Of a stretch of DNA of 64,000 bases, positions 39,593 to 50,237 are shown one piece after another. The stretch comes from Candidatus Faecicola pullistercoris (lineage in GTDB: Bacteria > Bacillota > Clostridia > Christensenellales > CAG-917). The notes under the pieces were generated by a model that was not told the origin of the DNA, ran no database searches, and saw only the letters and a program-made list of their open reading frames with translations. Made by a program: the position numbers and the translations under genes. The stretch spans positions 20,005-84,004 of the forward strand of contig DVNW01000023.1 of assembly GCA_018714105.1 (NCBI GenBank), read 5' to 3'. The stretch's first letter is position 1. Every line of letters begins with the position of its first letter.

Positions 39593-40708
39593 ATGTACGA
39601 CCAAAGACAGCTCATACTTGCCCGCAATCTGGTTAATTACAGTTGCTCGGTCAAGAAGGGCGAAAAGGTATGGATAGACGCTTACGGCGTGGATTCGGCT
39701 TTTACCGCGCTGCTGGTAGAAGAAGTATATAAGGCGGGGGGCTGGCCCTTCGTATTTATACGCGACAACAGGGTGGACAGAGTATGGAGAAGGGGGGCGT
39801 CCGACGAACAGATCAGGTTTCTGGCGGCCCGCGACAAAGCTCTTATGGCGGAAATGGACGCCTATATCGGCGTGCGCGGCGGACAGAACGGTTACGAACT
39901 TTCGGACGTTTCCGACGACAGGACAAACGCGTATACGAGCCTGTATTCTCACCCGGTGCACCACGAGGAAAGAGTGGCCAAAACCAAATGGGTAGTTCTC
40001 CGCTACCCCACAGAGGGCATGAGTCAGCTGTCAGGCATGAGCACCGAAGCCTTCGAGGATTTCTATTTCGACGTGTGCAATCTCGATTACGCCAGAATGG
40101 ACAAAGCTATGGATCCGCTGGTTGAACTGATGAATAAGACCGATAAAGTGCATATTTTGGCAAAAGACACCGATCTGACCTTTTCCATAAAAGGCATCGG
40201 AGCGGTGAAATGCTCGGGCCTGAGAAATATTCCCGACGGCGAGGTTTATACCGCCCCCGTAAAAGACAGCGTCAACGGAACGATTTCCTACAACGTACCG
40301 TCTATAGAAAACGGTTTCAGATACGAGAACGTACGACTCACTTTTAAAAACGGCAGAATAGTTGAGGCTACCGCCAACAACACGTCGGGCGCCAACGCCA
40401 TATTCGATACCGACGAGGGCGCACGCTACGTTGGTGAATTCGCGTTAGGCGTAAACCCCTATATCAAAAAGGCGATGGGGGATATTCTGTTCGACGAAAA
40501 GATCAGCGGCTCCATACATTTTACCCCCGGATGCTGCTACGACGACGCCTTTAACGGCAACCGTTCGGCCGTGCACTGGGACCTTGTTCTGGTACAGACG
40601 CCCGAATTCGGCGGCGGCGAAATATACTTCGACGGAAAACTCGTCAGAAAAGACGGCCGTTTCGTCCTTGACGAACTGGCCGGCCTCAATCCCGAAAATC
40701 TCAAATAG
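39593..40708 (+). CDS. M29-family aminopeptidase (AmpS/PepS-like)
   Basis: EGARYVGEFALGVNP...ILFDEKISGSIHFTPG pattern. 371 aa. Confidence 0.85.
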   Translation: MYDQRQLILARNLVNYSCSVKKGEKVWIDAYGVDSAFTALLVEEVYKAGGWPFVFIRDNRVDRVWRRGASDEQIRFLAARDKALMAEMDAYIGVRGGQNGYELSDVSDDRTNAYTSLYSHPVHHEERVAKTKWVVLRYPTEGMSQLSGMSTEAFEDFYFDVCNLDYARMDKAMDPLVELMNKTDKVHILAKDTDLTFSIKGIGAVKCSGLRNIPDGEVYTAPVKDSVNGTISYNVPSIENGFRYENVRLTFKNGRIVEATANNTSGANAIFDTDEGARYVGEFALGVNPYIKKAMGDILFDEKISGSIHFTPGCCYDDAFNGNRSAVHWDLVLVQTPEFGGGEIYFDGKLVRKDGRFVLDELAGLNPENLK

Positions 40709-40867
40709 CAGGGCGGATTTATGCCGCAATATGACGCTTTATATATTTTATTTTAATTTTATGCTTAAAACGCTTGTTAAAAATTTGTTTTGAGAGTAAA
40801 ATATACTAAGCCGATATCATTAAGGCGCTTTTAATCGAAATACAATATTTGGAGGAATATATCTATT

Positions 40868-41887
40868 ATGGCTAAAAATGTTAGAGTTGCTATCAACGGC
40901 TTCGGAAGAATCGGCCGTCTCGCTTTCAGACAAATGTTCGGTGCCGAGGGGTACGAGGTTGTCGCTATTAACGATTTGACCAGCCCCAAAGTTCTTGCCC
41001 ATCTTCTGAAGTACGACTCTTCGCAGGGCAGATACGCTCTTTGCGACAAGGTTACCGCGGGCGAAGATTCCATCACCGTCGACGGAAAGGAAATTAAAAT
41101 TTACGCTATGGCTAAGGCCGAAGAACTGCCCTGGGGCGAAATCGGCGTTGACGTAGTTCTCGAATGCACCGGCTTCTATACCTCCAAGGAAAAGGCCAGC
41201 GCTCACATCAAGGCCGGCGCAAAGAAAGTCGTTATCTCCGCACCCGCAGGCAACGATCTTCCCACTATCGTTTACAACGTAAACCATAACACGCTCAAAG
41301 CCGACGACACCGTTATTTCGGCTGCTTCCTGCACCACCAACTGCCTGGCTCCCATGGCCAAAGCGCTTAACGACCTGGCTCCCATCAAATCGGGTATCAT
41401 GAGCACCATTCACGCTTACACCGGCGACCAGATGACTCTGGACGGACCTCAAAGAAAGGGCGACCTCAGAAGGTCCCGTGCCGCCGCAGTGAACATCGTT
41501 CCCAACTCCACCGGCGCGGCAAAGGCTATCGGCCTCGTTATTCCCGAGCTCAACGGCAAACTCATCGGTTCGGCTCAGCGCGTTCCCACCGCTACCGGCT
41601 CCACCACCATTCTTGTTGCCGTAGTAGAAGGTAACGTAACCAAAGAACAGATCAATGCCGCCATGAAAGCCGCAGCTACCGAATCCTTCGGTTACAACGA
41701 GGACGAAATCGTAAGCAGCGACATTATCGGTATCCGTTACGGCAGCCTGTTCGACGCTACTCAGACTATGGTTGCTCCCATGGACAACGGCTGCACTCAG
41801 GTTCAGGTAGTTTCCTGGTACGATAACGAGAACAGCTATACCAGCCAGATGGTAAGGACCATCAAATACTTTGCAGAACTCAAATAA
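40868..41887 (+). CDS. gap: Type I glyceraldehyde-3-phosphate dehydrogenase
   Basis: [15 protein letters not shown] and active site SCTTNCLAP. Confidence 0.98.
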   Translation: MAKNVRVAINGFGRIGRLAFRQMFGAEGYEVVAINDLTSPKVLAHLLKYDSSQGRYALCDKVTAGEDSITVDGKEIKIYAMAKAEELPWGEIGVDVVLECTGFYTSKEKASAHIKAGAKKVVISAPAGNDLPTIVYNVNHNTLKADDTVISAASCTTNCLAPMAKALNDLAPIKSGIMSTIHAYTGDQMTLDGPQRKGDLRRSRAAAVNIVPNSTGAAKAIGLVIPELNGKLIGSAQRVPTATGSTTILVAVVEGNVTKEQINAAMKAAATESFGYNEDEIVSSDIIGIRYGSLFDATQTMVAPMDNGCTQVQVVSWYDNENSYTSQMVRTIKYFAELK

Positions 41888-41902
41888 TTAAAGCCTTAAT
41901 TT

Positions 41903-41932
41903 GCGCCCCGGATATGCCGGGGCGCTTTTTTT
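41903..41932 (+). terminator. Intrinsic terminator after gap
   Basis: GCGCCCCGG-ATATG-CCGGGGCGC followed by T7. Confidence 0.85.
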
Positions 41933-42090
41933 ATGCATAAAATACGGCAAATTATGCATTATACACAGTTTTATGCACAGGACATTATATTTATATAATA
42001 AAGTCAAAATTTTATGCAAAAAACTATGAATAAATATAAATAAACGCTTGACTTGATTTTCAGTTAGTGATAATATTAATGCAATATTAA
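41931..42090 (+). promoter_or_regulatory. ARG-box-like repeats (putative ArgR/AhrC operators) upstream of argG
   Basis: TTATGCA recurs at 41931, 41952, 41971 and 42012. TATGAATAAATATAAA begins at 42025 and TAATGCAATATTA at 42077. Confidence 0.45.
42048..42076 (+). promoter_or_regulatory. arg operon promoter
   Basis: TTGACT at 42048-42053, 17-nt spacer ending in TGa, TAATAT at 42071-42076. Confidence 0.55.
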
Positions 42091-42106
42091 CGGTCGGAGG
42101 TTACTT

Positions 42107-43336
42107 ATGGCTGACAAAAAGTTTAAAAAAATAGTTCTGGCATATTCGGGAGGGCTTGATACTTCCATTATTATTCCCTGGCTTAAAGAGAATTACGATA
42201 ATCCCGAAATCATCGCGGTAAGCGGCGACGTGGGACAGGGGACCGAACTCGACGGCCTCGAAGAAAAGGCCATCAAAACGGGAGCCAGCAAACTTTATAT
42301 CGAGGATCTGAAAGAGGAGTTTATTCAGGATTACGTATATCCCACGCTCAAAGCGGGCGCGAAATACGAAAACGATTATCTTCTCGGTACTGCGTTCGCG
42401 CGGCCCATAATAGCCAAACGAATTGTAGAGATAGCCAAAAAGGAAGGCGCCGACGCGATATGTCACGGTTGCACCGGTAAGGGTAACGATCAGGTGAGGT
42501 TCGAGCTTACCATCAAGGCCTTCGCTCCCGAAATGGGCATAATCGCTCCGTGGAGAATTTGGGACATCAAGTCGCGCGATGAGGAAATCGACTATGCCGA
42601 AGCTCATAACGTGCCTCTTAAAATAAACAGGGAAACCAATTACAGCAAGGATAAAAACCTCTGGCATCTCTCTCACGAGGGGCTAGATCTCGAAAATCCC
42701 GCAAACGAACCCGATTACAAAAAACCCGGCTTTCTCGAAATGGGCGTCTGTCCCGAACTTGCGCCCGACAAGCCCGCTTACGTGACCATAGGTTTTGAAA
42801 AGGGCGTGCCGGTTACGCTGGACGGTAAAAAACTGACCGGCGTCGAAATGGTATCCGCTCTTAACAAGATAGGCGGAGAAAACGGCATCGGTATTGCGGA
42901 TATAGTGGAAAACAGACTTGTAGGCATGAAATCAAGAGGCGTTTACGAAACTCCCGGCGGCACTATTCTTTACCGCGCGCACGAGGTGCTGGAAACGCTA
43001 TGCCTCGACAGGGATACTCAGCACTACAAACACCTTGTCGCCGCTCAGTTTGCCGAGCTCGTATACTTCGGCAAATGGTTTACTCCTTTAAGAGAAGCCA
43101 TTTCGGCTTTTGTGGACAAGACTCAGGAAAAGGTTACCGGCGAGGTCAGACTCAAACTGTATAAAGGCAACATCATCAACGCGGGCGTAACTTCTCCTTA
43201 TTCGCTGTACGACGAGGAAATCGCCACTTTCAACGAGGACGAAGTTTACAATCAGATGGACAGCCAGGGCTTTATCAATCTGTTCGGTCTGCCCCTCAAA
43301 GTGCAGGCGACGGTAAACAAAAAGAATTCCAAATAA
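42107..43336 (+). CDS. argG: Argininosuccinate synthase
   Basis: [13 protein letters not shown] and [13 protein letters not shown] motifs. Confidence 0.98.
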   Translation: MADKKFKKIVLAYSGGLDTSIIIPWLKENYDNPEIIAVSGDVGQGTELDGLEEKAIKTGASKLYIEDLKEEFIQDYVYPTLKAGAKYENDYLLGTAFARPIIAKRIVEIAKKEGADAICHGCTGKGNDQVRFELTIKAFAPEMGIIAPWRIWDIKSRDEEIDYAEAHNVPLKINRETNYSKDKNLWHLSHEGLDLENPANEPDYKKPGFLEMGVCPELAPDKPAYVTIGFEKGVPVTLDGKKLTGVEMVSALNKIGGENGIGIADIVENRLVGMKSRGVYETPGGTILYRAHEVLETLCLDRDTQHYKHLVAAQFAELVYFGKWFTPLREAISAFVDKTQEKVTGEVRLKLYKGNIINAGVTSPYSLYDEEIATFNEDEVYNQMDSQGFINLFGLPLKVQATVNKKNSK

Positions 43337-43348
43337 CGGAGCGTATTT

Positions 43349-44731
43349 ATGGATAAAATGTGGGCGGGACGCTTTTTAAAAGAACTCAGCAGCGATACCA
43401 ATGATTTCAACAGTTCGATAGCCGTGGACAGCAGAATGTATGCCGAAGATATCCGCGGCAGCATCGCCCACGCTCTTATGCTGGGCGCGAAGGGCATTAT
43501 TCCCGAAAAAGACAGCCTTGCCATAATCCGCACACTTAAAGAGATAGAGGAAGGTATTGAAAACGGCACCGTGAAAATAGACGCCGCGGCCGAGGACATA
43601 CATATGTTCGTGGAGGCCGAGCTGACCAAACGGCTTGGCGACGTCGGGAAGAGGCTGCATACCGCAAGAAGCCGCAACGACCAGGTTGCCCTGGATACCC
43701 GCCTTTATTGCGTGAAGGAAATAAAAAACATCAAAGCCGCACTTATAGGCTTACTTAAATGTCTGGTTTCGCTGGCGGAGAAAAATGTGTCGACAATCAT
43801 GCCGGGATATACCCATCTGCAAAGGGCGCAACCCGTGAGTTTCGCGCATTACATGACTGCGTACGCGAGCATGTTCGCCAGAGATTGCGACAGGCTTGAC
43901 GATTGCCTCAAAAGGGTGACAATCAGTCCTTTGGGAAGCTGTGCTCTGGCGGGTACCACGTACGATATAGACAGGTTTCAAACGGCCGAATCGCTGGGTT
44001 TTGCCGCTCCGTCGGTAAACAGCATGGACGGGGTTTCGGACAGGGACTTCGCAATCGAGCTGACGGCCGCCATATCCCTTATAATGACGCATCTTTCGCG
44101 GTTTTGCGAGGAAATAATAATGTGGTGTTCGTGGGAATTCAGGTTTATAGAGCTTGACGACGCGTATTCCACGGGCTCGAGCATTATGCCGCAGAAGAAA
44201 AATCCCGACATCGCCGAACTCGTCAGGGGCAAAACCGGCAGAGTTTACGGCGATCTTATGGCTCTGCTCACCGTCATGAAAGGGCTTCCGCTTGCCTATA
44301 ACAAGGATATGCAGGAGGACAAGGAAAGCCTTTTCGACGCTATCGACACCGTGAAACTCTGTCTGCCTATTTTTACCAAGATGCTGGATACTTGTACGAT
44401 AAACAAGGATAATATGCTGAAAGCGGCAGGTAAAGGCTTTATTAACGCAACCGACTGTGCCGATTATCTGGTTAAGAAGGGTAAGCCTTTCAGAGACGCA
44501 TATAAAATTACGGGCGAGCTTGTGGCAAAGGCAATTTCTCTTGACAAGACGCTTTCCGAACTCGGTATAGAGGATTACAAGGAAAAATGCGATTTGTTCG
44601 ATAAGGACGTTTACGACGCCATCGAACTTAAAAACTGCCTTAACAAGCGCAACTCGTACGGCGGCGCGGGCGAAAAGGCCGTGGCAGAACAGATAAAGTA
44701 TTTTAAAGAATTTATTGAGAAAAATGCATAA
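43349..44731 (+). CDS. argH: Argininosuccinate lyase
   Basis: WAGRF...TARSRNDQV and GSSIMPQKKNPD signatures. Confidence 0.98.
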   Translation: MDKMWAGRFLKELSSDTNDFNSSIAVDSRMYAEDIRGSIAHALMLGAKGIIPEKDSLAIIRTLKEIEEGIENGTVKIDAAAEDIHMFVEAELTKRLGDVGKRLHTARSRNDQVALDTRLYCVKEIKNIKAALIGLLKCLVSLAEKNVSTIMPGYTHLQRAQPVSFAHYMTAYASMFARDCDRLDDCLKRVTISPLGSCALAGTTYDIDRFQTAESLGFAAPSVNSMDGVSDRDFAIELTAAISLIMTHLSRFCEEIIMWCSWEFRFIELDDAYSTGSSIMPQKKNPDIAELVRGKTGRVYGDLMALLTVMKGLPLAYNKDMQEDKESLFDAIDTVKLCLPIFTKMLDTCTINKDNMLKAAGKGFINATDCADYLVKKGKPFRDAYKITGELVAKAISLDKTLSELGIEDYKEKCDLFDKDVYDAIELKNCLNKRNSYGGAGEKAVAEQIKYFKEFIEKNA

Positions 44732-45647
44732 TATCTTCATCGACGGAAGCGCGGGGACCACGGGGCTCGAACTTGCAAACAGACTCAAACTCCGCGACGA
44801 CGTCCGTATACTCGAAATAAGCGATGCCGACAGAAAGAACGCCGAAGCGCGAAAGAGGCTGATAAATCAAAGCGATCTCACGTTTTTATGTCTGCCCGAC
44901 GACGCGGCAAGAGAGGCGGTCGCGCTTGTCGATAACGAGCGCACGAAAATTATCGACGCTTCCACCGCACACCGCACCGTCGAAGGCTGGGCGTACGGGC
45001 TTCCCGAACTTTCAGACGCTCATTTCGAGGCTATACGAAGGGGCAATCGCATAGCCGTGCCGGGCTGCCATGCGGGCGGCTTCGTAGCTTTGGTGTATCC
45101 TTTGATAAAAAGCGGGCTGGTTTCCGCCGATTATCCGTTTACATGTTTTTCGCTTACCGGTTACAGCGGCGGAGGCAAGGCGATGATAGCTCAGTACGGA
45201 CAGGCAGAAGCCGACAGCGAGTATTCCGCGCCCAGACAGTACGGTCTGGCGCAGAATCATAAACACCTTAAAGAGATGACGGCTGTCCCCGGACTTACTA
45301 GGCCGCCCGTATTCTGTCCCGTAGTAAGCAACTACTATCGGGGTATGGAGGTTACCGTGCCTTTGGTATCGGCTTTTGCGGGAGGAATCACGCTTGCAGG
45401 GGTTAGGGAAGTTTTTAAAGAGCATTACAGGCGCGCGAAGCTGATAAGCGTGAAGAACGAGGATACGGCCTTCCTCGCCGCGAACAAACTGAAAAACAAA
45501 AACAATCTCGAAATATACATTTTCGGCAATGATGATAGGATTATTCTTACGGCCGTTTTCGATAACCTCGGCAAAGGGGCGTCGGGAGCCGCCGTACAGT
45601 GTATGAACATCGCTTTGGGAATGGATGAAACCACGGGACTGATATAA
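44724..45647 (+). CDS. argC: N-acetyl-gamma-glutamyl-phosphate reductase (short type)
   Basis: IFIDGSAGTTGLEL and active-site region VPGCHAGG. The ATG at 44724 overlaps the argH end. Confidence 0.93.
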   Translation: MHNIFIDGSAGTTGLELANRLKLRDDVRILEISDADRKNAEARKRLINQSDLTFLCLPDDAAREAVALVDNERTKIIDASTAHRTVEGWAYGLPELSDAHFEAIRRGNRIAVPGCHAGGFVALVYPLIKSGLVSADYPFTCFSLTGYSGGGKAMIAQYGQAEADSEYSAPRQYGLAQNHKHLKEMTAVPGLTRPPVFCPVVSNYYRGMEVTVPLVSAFAGGITLAGVREVFKEHYRRAKLISVKNEDTAFLAANKLKNKNNLEIYIFGNDDRIILTAVFDNLGKGASGAAVQCMNIALGMDETTGLI

Positions 45648-45656
45648 GGAGAGCAA

Positions 45657-46868
45657 ATGATTATTTTTGACGGAAGCGTTACTTCGCCTAAGGGTTTTAA
45701 GGCGGCCGGAATACATGCCGGTATAAGAAAGAACAAGGACAAAAAGGACCTTGCTCTTATACTTGCGGACGGAATCTGCAACGCCGCCGCCGTGTATACC
45801 TTAAACAAAGTCAAGGGCGCGCCTTTAATAGTAACCAAACAAAACCTGGCCGACGGAAAGGCCGCGGCCATAGTATGCAACAGCGGAAACGCCAACACCT
45901 GCAATCCGGACGGGGAGCAAAAAGCGGCCGAAATGTGCCGTATCGTGGCGGAATGCACGGGCGTTAGCGCAAACGACGTAATAGTGGCGTCCACGGGCGT
46001 AATAGGTCTGCCGCTCAGCGTAGAGCCCATAAAAAAGGCAATGCCCGCGCTGGTAAAGGCTTTGGGCGACGACGGCAAGGGCGCGGCTCAGGCCATAATG
46101 ACTACGGATACCGTAGCGAAAACGGTTGCGGCCAAATTCGTCGCGGGCGGTAAAGAGTGCGTAATCGGCGGTATTGCAAAGGGTTCGGGAATGATACATC
46201 CCAATATGGCAACCATGCTGGTATTTCTGACCACGGACGCAAACATATCTTCCGAAATGTTGCAGAAAGCTATATCGGACGACGTTAAACGTAGTTTCAA
46301 TATGGTAAGCGTAGACGGCGACACCTCGACTAACGACATGCTGGCCATTTTAGCCGGAGGAAAAGCGGGTAATCCTGAGATAACCACAGAAAACGATGAT
46401 TATAAAGCGTTTGTCGAAGCGTTAAATGCCGTTACGGTTAACTTGTGTAAAAAGATAGCAAAAGACGGAGAGGGCGCAACAAAGCTTCTCGAATGCAAGG
46501 TAACAGGCGGGCTCGATTACGGCAACGCCGCGATAACGGCCAAAAGCGTTATTACCAGCTCTCTTTTCAAGGCCGCGATGTTCGGAGCGGACGCAAACTG
46601 GGGCAGGGCTTTGTGCGCTATCGGGTACAGCGGCGCGAATACGGATACCGATAAAATAGATATTGCTTTTTCGTCGGCCGCGGGAAGTATAGACGTTTGC
46701 AGGCAGGGTAAAGGATTGAATTTCGACGAGGTTCTCGCCAAAAAGATTTTGTCCGAAAGCGAAATTACCGTAACGGTTACCTGCCGTGACGGCGACGCCG
46801 TCGCTACCGCCTGGGGCTGCGACCTTACTTACGATTACGTAAAAATAAACGGGGATTACCGAACTTAG
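45657..46868 (+). CDS. argJ: Bifunctional ornithine acetyltransferase / N-acetylglutamate synthase
   Basis: PKGFKAAGIHAGIRK and autoprocessing site ATMLVFLTTDA. Confidence 0.97.
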   Translation: MIIFDGSVTSPKGFKAAGIHAGIRKNKDKKDLALILADGICNAAAVYTLNKVKGAPLIVTKQNLADGKAAAIVCNSGNANTCNPDGEQKAAEMCRIVAECTGVSANDVIVASTGVIGLPLSVEPIKKAMPALVKALGDDGKGAAQAIMTTDTVAKTVAAKFVAGGKECVIGGIAKGSGMIHPNMATMLVFLTTDANISSEMLQKAISDDVKRSFNMVSVDGDTSTNDMLAILAGGKAGNPEITTENDDYKAFVEALNAVTVNLCKKIAKDGEGATKLLECKVTGGLDYGNAAITAKSVITSSLFKAAMFGADANWGRALCAIGYSGANTDTDKIDIAFSSAAGSIDVCRQGKGLNFDEVLAKKILSESEITVTVTCRDGDAVATAWGCDLTYDYVKINGDYRT

Positions 46869-46878
46869 GAGATATAGT

Positions 46879-47730
46879 ATGAAAATAACCGATTCCGAAA
46901 AAGCCGAAGTTCTCGTTCAGGCTTTGCCTTACATTCAGAAATACAGCGGCAAAACCGTCGTGGTCAAGTACGGCGGCAACGCCATGATTAACGAGGAATT
47001 GAAAAAATCCGTCATGCGCGACCTCGTGCTTCTCAGTCAGATAGGGGTAAAAGTCGTGCTGGTGCACGGCGGCGGCCCCGAAATAGACAAAGTAATGGCC
47101 GAAATGGGCCTTACCAGCAAGTTCGAGAAAGGGCTTCGCGTAACCGACGGCAAAACCATGGAAGTGGTGCAGATGGTTCTGTGCGGCAAAATAAACAAGG
47201 ACCTGGTAAACCTCATCGGCAACTGCGGCGGCAAGGCCGTAGGCCTGAGCGGCGTGGACGGCAATATGATAGAGGCCGTACCCGTAAGCGAGAAACTGGG
47301 CTTCGTGGGTGATATCGTAAACGTGAATCCTCAAACCGTCAAGGACGCTCTGGATATGGGATATATCCCCGTCATCAGTTCGGTGGGAGGCGATAAGAAC
47401 AATAACGTATACAATATCAACGCCGATACAGTGGCGGCAAGGATAGCCGGAGCGCTCAACGCTCAGAGTCTTATATCCATGACTGACATTAAAGGTATTT
47501 TGGCCGATCCCGAGGACGAAAGCACTCTTATTCCCGCCGTCAGCGTCAGCGAAACCAATCAGCTTATCAAGGAGGGAGTCATTACCGGCGGTATGATACC
47601 CAAAGTTGCCTGTTGCGTGGAAGCTATACGAAGGGGCGTGGACAAGGTGTTTATAATCGACGGCAGAGTGCCTCACGCAATCATTATAGAAATTTTGTCC
47701 GACGAAGGTATCGGAACGATGTTTTACTGA
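46879..47730 (+). CDS. argB: Acetylglutamate kinase
   Basis: LPYIQKYSGKTVVVKYGGNAM...VLVHGGGPEI. Confidence 0.97.
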   Translation: MKITDSEKAEVLVQALPYIQKYSGKTVVVKYGGNAMINEELKKSVMRDLVLLSQIGVKVVLVHGGGPEIDKVMAEMGLTSKFEKGLRVTDGKTMEVVQMVLCGKINKDLVNLIGNCGGKAVGLSGVDGNMIEAVPVSEKLGFVGDIVNVNPQTVKDALDMGYIPVISSVGGDKNNNVYNINADTVAARIAGALNAQSLISMTDIKGILADPEDESTLIPAVSVSETNQLIKEGVITGGMIPKVACCVEAIRRGVDKVFIIDGRVPHAIIIEILSDEGIGTMFY

Positions 47731-47732
47731 TT

Positions 47733-48899
47733 ATGAACAGAGAAGGAAGCGGCGTCAAACAAAAAGACGAAAAATACATTTGCGGCACTTATAAACGGCA
47801 GGACGTGCTTTTCGAGCGCGGCGAGGGCAGCGTGCTTATCGACGAGGAAGGAAAGCGGTACATAGATTTCGGCGGCGGAATAGCCGTGAATACGCTGGGT
47901 TATGCCGACGACGAATGGATTAAGGCCGTAACCGACCAGCTTATGAGAATAAGCCATACGAGCAATCTGTTTTATACCCGTCCTCAGGTCGAGCTTGCCG
48001 AAAGACTTGTCCGCCGTACGGGCATGGAAAAGGTGTTTTTCTCCAATTCGGGCGCAGAGGCCAACGAGGCGGCGGTAAAGTGCGCGCGCAAATACTCCTT
48101 CGACAAGTACGGAGAGGGAAGATACGAAATAATCACGCTTGAAAACTCTTTTCACGGGCGCACCATGGCAACCATAACGGCAACCGGACAAAAGGTGTTC
48201 CATAATTATTTTATGCCCTTTCTGGACGGATTCAAGTATGTAAAAGCGGGGGATTCGAAGGCGCTTCGGGAGGCTGTCGGGCCTAAAACCGCCGCTATCA
48301 TGGCAGAACTTATACAGGGAGAGGGCGGCGTAGAGGTGCTTGACAGAGAATTCGTCGCCGAAATCGCCGAAATCTGCGCCGAAAAAGACGTTTTGCTTAT
48401 CGTGGACGAGGTCCAGACCGGAAACGGCCGTACGGGCAGCCTGTACTGCTATGAACAATTCGGGCTTCATCCCGATATAGTAACCACGGCAAAGGGACTT
48501 GCAGGAGGACTTCCGCTGGGAGCCACCATGTTCGGCAAAAAAACCGCCGAGGTGCTTTCGCAGGGGACGCACGGTTCCACATTCGGCGGAAATCCCGTCT
48601 GTTGCGCAGCCGCGATAAACGTGCTTGACAGGATAAACGACAAACTCCTTAACTCGGTAAAGGAAAAATTCGTCCTGCTCAAACAGGAACTTGCCGACTG
48701 CCCGTCCGTCAGAAGCATAAGCGGTATGGGGCTTATGATAGGCATAGAATGCGACGACGCCGCGGGAAAAGTCGAACTTTTAAGAAAGAACGGCCTTATA
48801 GTTTTAACGGCCAAAAACAAGCTGAGGCTTCTGCCGCCGCTCAATATAAGCGACGATACGTTCGCAAGAGGCCTTAAAATACTTAAAGAGGTGTTATGA
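47733..48899 (+). CDS. argD: Acetylornithine aminotransferase
   Basis: FSNSGAEANEAAVK, LIVDEVQTGNGRTG and TTAKGLAGGLP. The ATG at 47733 sits just after the argB stop. Confidence 0.95.
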   Translation: MNREGSGVKQKDEKYICGTYKRQDVLFERGEGSVLIDEEGKRYIDFGGGIAVNTLGYADDEWIKAVTDQLMRISHTSNLFYTRPQVELAERLVRRTGMEKVFFSNSGAEANEAAVKCARKYSFDKYGEGRYEIITLENSFHGRTMATITATGQKVFHNYFMPFLDGFKYVKAGDSKALREAVGPKTAAIMAELIQGEGGVEVLDREFVAEIAEICAEKDVLLIVDEVQTGNGRTGSLYCYEQFGLHPDIVTTAKGLAGGLPLGATMFGKKTAEVLSQGTHGSTFGGNPVCCAAAINVLDRINDKLLNSVKEKFVLLKQELADCPSVRSISGMGLMIGIECDDAAGKVELLRKNGLIVLTAKNKLRLLPPLNISDDTFARGLKILKEVL

Positions 48900-49822
48900 T
48901 GGAACATTTACTTAAACTTCAGGATTTGTCCCGTAAGGAAATAACCGACATACTCAATCTTGCCGACCAGCTAAAATTCGAACACAGACACGGCATTATG
49001 CACAACAGACTGCAAGGTAAGACTTTGGGCATGATATTTTCCAAATCTTCCACAAGAACCAGGGTATCCTTCGAAACGGGAATGTTTCAGCTCGGAGGAA
49101 TGGCGCTGTTTTTAAGTACAAACGACATTCAGCTGGGAAGGGGTGAACCCGTAAAGGATACGGCAAGAGTGCTTTCCAGGTTTCTTGACGGCATCATGAT
49201 AAGAACGTTTAAGCAAAGCGACGTGGAGGAACTTGCAAGTTACAGCACGATTCCCATAATCAACGGCCTTACAGATTATTGTCATCCGTGTCAGGTTTTG
49301 GCCGATTTAATGACGATTCGCGAGTTTAAAGATACGTTTAAGGGCATTAAAATGTGTTTTGTGGGCGACGGCAACAATATGGCCAACTCGCTTATTGCCG
49401 GAGCGGTAACTCTTGACATAAAGCTCAACATAGCTTGCCCCAAAGGCTACGAACCCGATTCCGCACTGGTTAAGGCGGCCACCGAAAGCGGACATCTCAC
49501 TCTTACCGAGGACGTTTTCGAAGCGGCAAAGGACTGCGACGTGCTTTATACCGACGTATGGGCAAGTATGGGGCAGGAGGCCGAAGCCGAACGCAGAAAG
49601 AAGGATTTTGCAGGATTCCAGATAAATTCGGCCGTTATGTCAGCAGCTAAGCCCGACGCCATGGTGCTTCACTGTCTGCCCGCGCACCGCGGCGAGGAGA
49701 TAACCGACGAGGTGCTCGAAGCTCACGCCAAGGAAATTTTCGAGCAGGCCGAAAACAGAATGCACGCGCAGAAAGCGGTGCTCGTAAAGCTTATGGAAAA
49801 ACCCAAAGCGGTTTACAGATAA
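48896..49822 (+). CDS. argF: Ornithine carbamoyltransferase
   Basis: FSKSSTRTRVSFE, DYCHPCQ and HCLPAHRGEE motifs. Confidence 0.97.
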   Translation: MMEHLLKLQDLSRKEITDILNLADQLKFEHRHGIMHNRLQGKTLGMIFSKSSTRTRVSFETGMFQLGGMALFLSTNDIQLGRGEPVKDTARVLSRFLDGIMIRTFKQSDVEELASYSTIPIINGLTDYCHPCQVLADLMTIREFKDTFKGIKMCFVGDGNNMANSLIAGAVTLDIKLNIACPKGYEPDSALVKAATESGHLTLTEDVFEAAKDCDVLYTDVWASMGQEAEAERRKKDFAGFQINSAVMSAAKPDAMVLHCLPAHRGEEITDEVLEAHAKEIFEQAENRMHAQKAVLVKLMEKPKAVYR

Positions 49823-49836
49823 TTCCGGCCTTACCG

Positions 49837-49861
49837 GCGGAGCGTAAAGCTCCGCTTTTTT
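49837..49861 (+). terminator. Intrinsic terminator after argF
   Basis: GCGGAGC-GTAAA-GCTCCGC followed by T6. Confidence 0.8.
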
Positions 49862-49881
49862 AAATTAAATGCAAAAAACAC

Positions 49882-49910
49882 TTTACTATGCTAAAGTTAT
49901 AGTGTATAAT
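49882..49910 (+). promoter_or_regulatory. his operon promoter with overlapping palindrome
   Basis: TTTACT at 49882-49887, 17-nt spacer, TATAAT at 49905-49910. The palindrome ACTTTActatgcTAAAGT at 49880-49897 covers the -35. Confidence 0.5.
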
Positions 49911-49944
49911 ATTTCAAAATAAAGGTTAAAGGTATATCGACTGT

Positions 49945-50235
49945 ATGAAAAAAAACCGTGACGGGAAAGATTCGGAAAACCTGTTTAAAATTTTAAGCTC
50001 GTTGAATGGCGAGGAAGAATTCAGACTCTTTTTCGAGGACCTTTGCACTTTTAAGGAAATTGAGCAGATGGCTCAGCGCGTACGTTGCGCCGAATACCTG
50101 CTTAAAGGCGAAACATATATTCAGATTATGGAAAAAACGGATATTTCGTCCGCTACGCTTTGCAGGATTTCGAGGTGTATTCAGCACGGCAGCGGCGGAT
50201 ATAACAAACTGCTTGCCAAAATGTTGGAGGATTAA
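49945..50235 (+). CDS. YerC/YecD TrpR-like regulator (candidate histidine repressor)
   Basis: 96 aa. LCT..EIEQMAQR...LL..G.TY..I...T.ISSATLCRISRC pattern of the YerC/YecD family. Its stop codon is 2 nt before hisZ. Confidence 0.8.
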   Translation: MKKNRDGKDSENLFKILSSLNGEEEFRLFFEDLCTFKEIEQMAQRVRCAEYLLKGETYIQIMEKTDISSATLCRISRCIQHGSGGYNKLLAKMLED

Positions 50236-50237
50236 GT

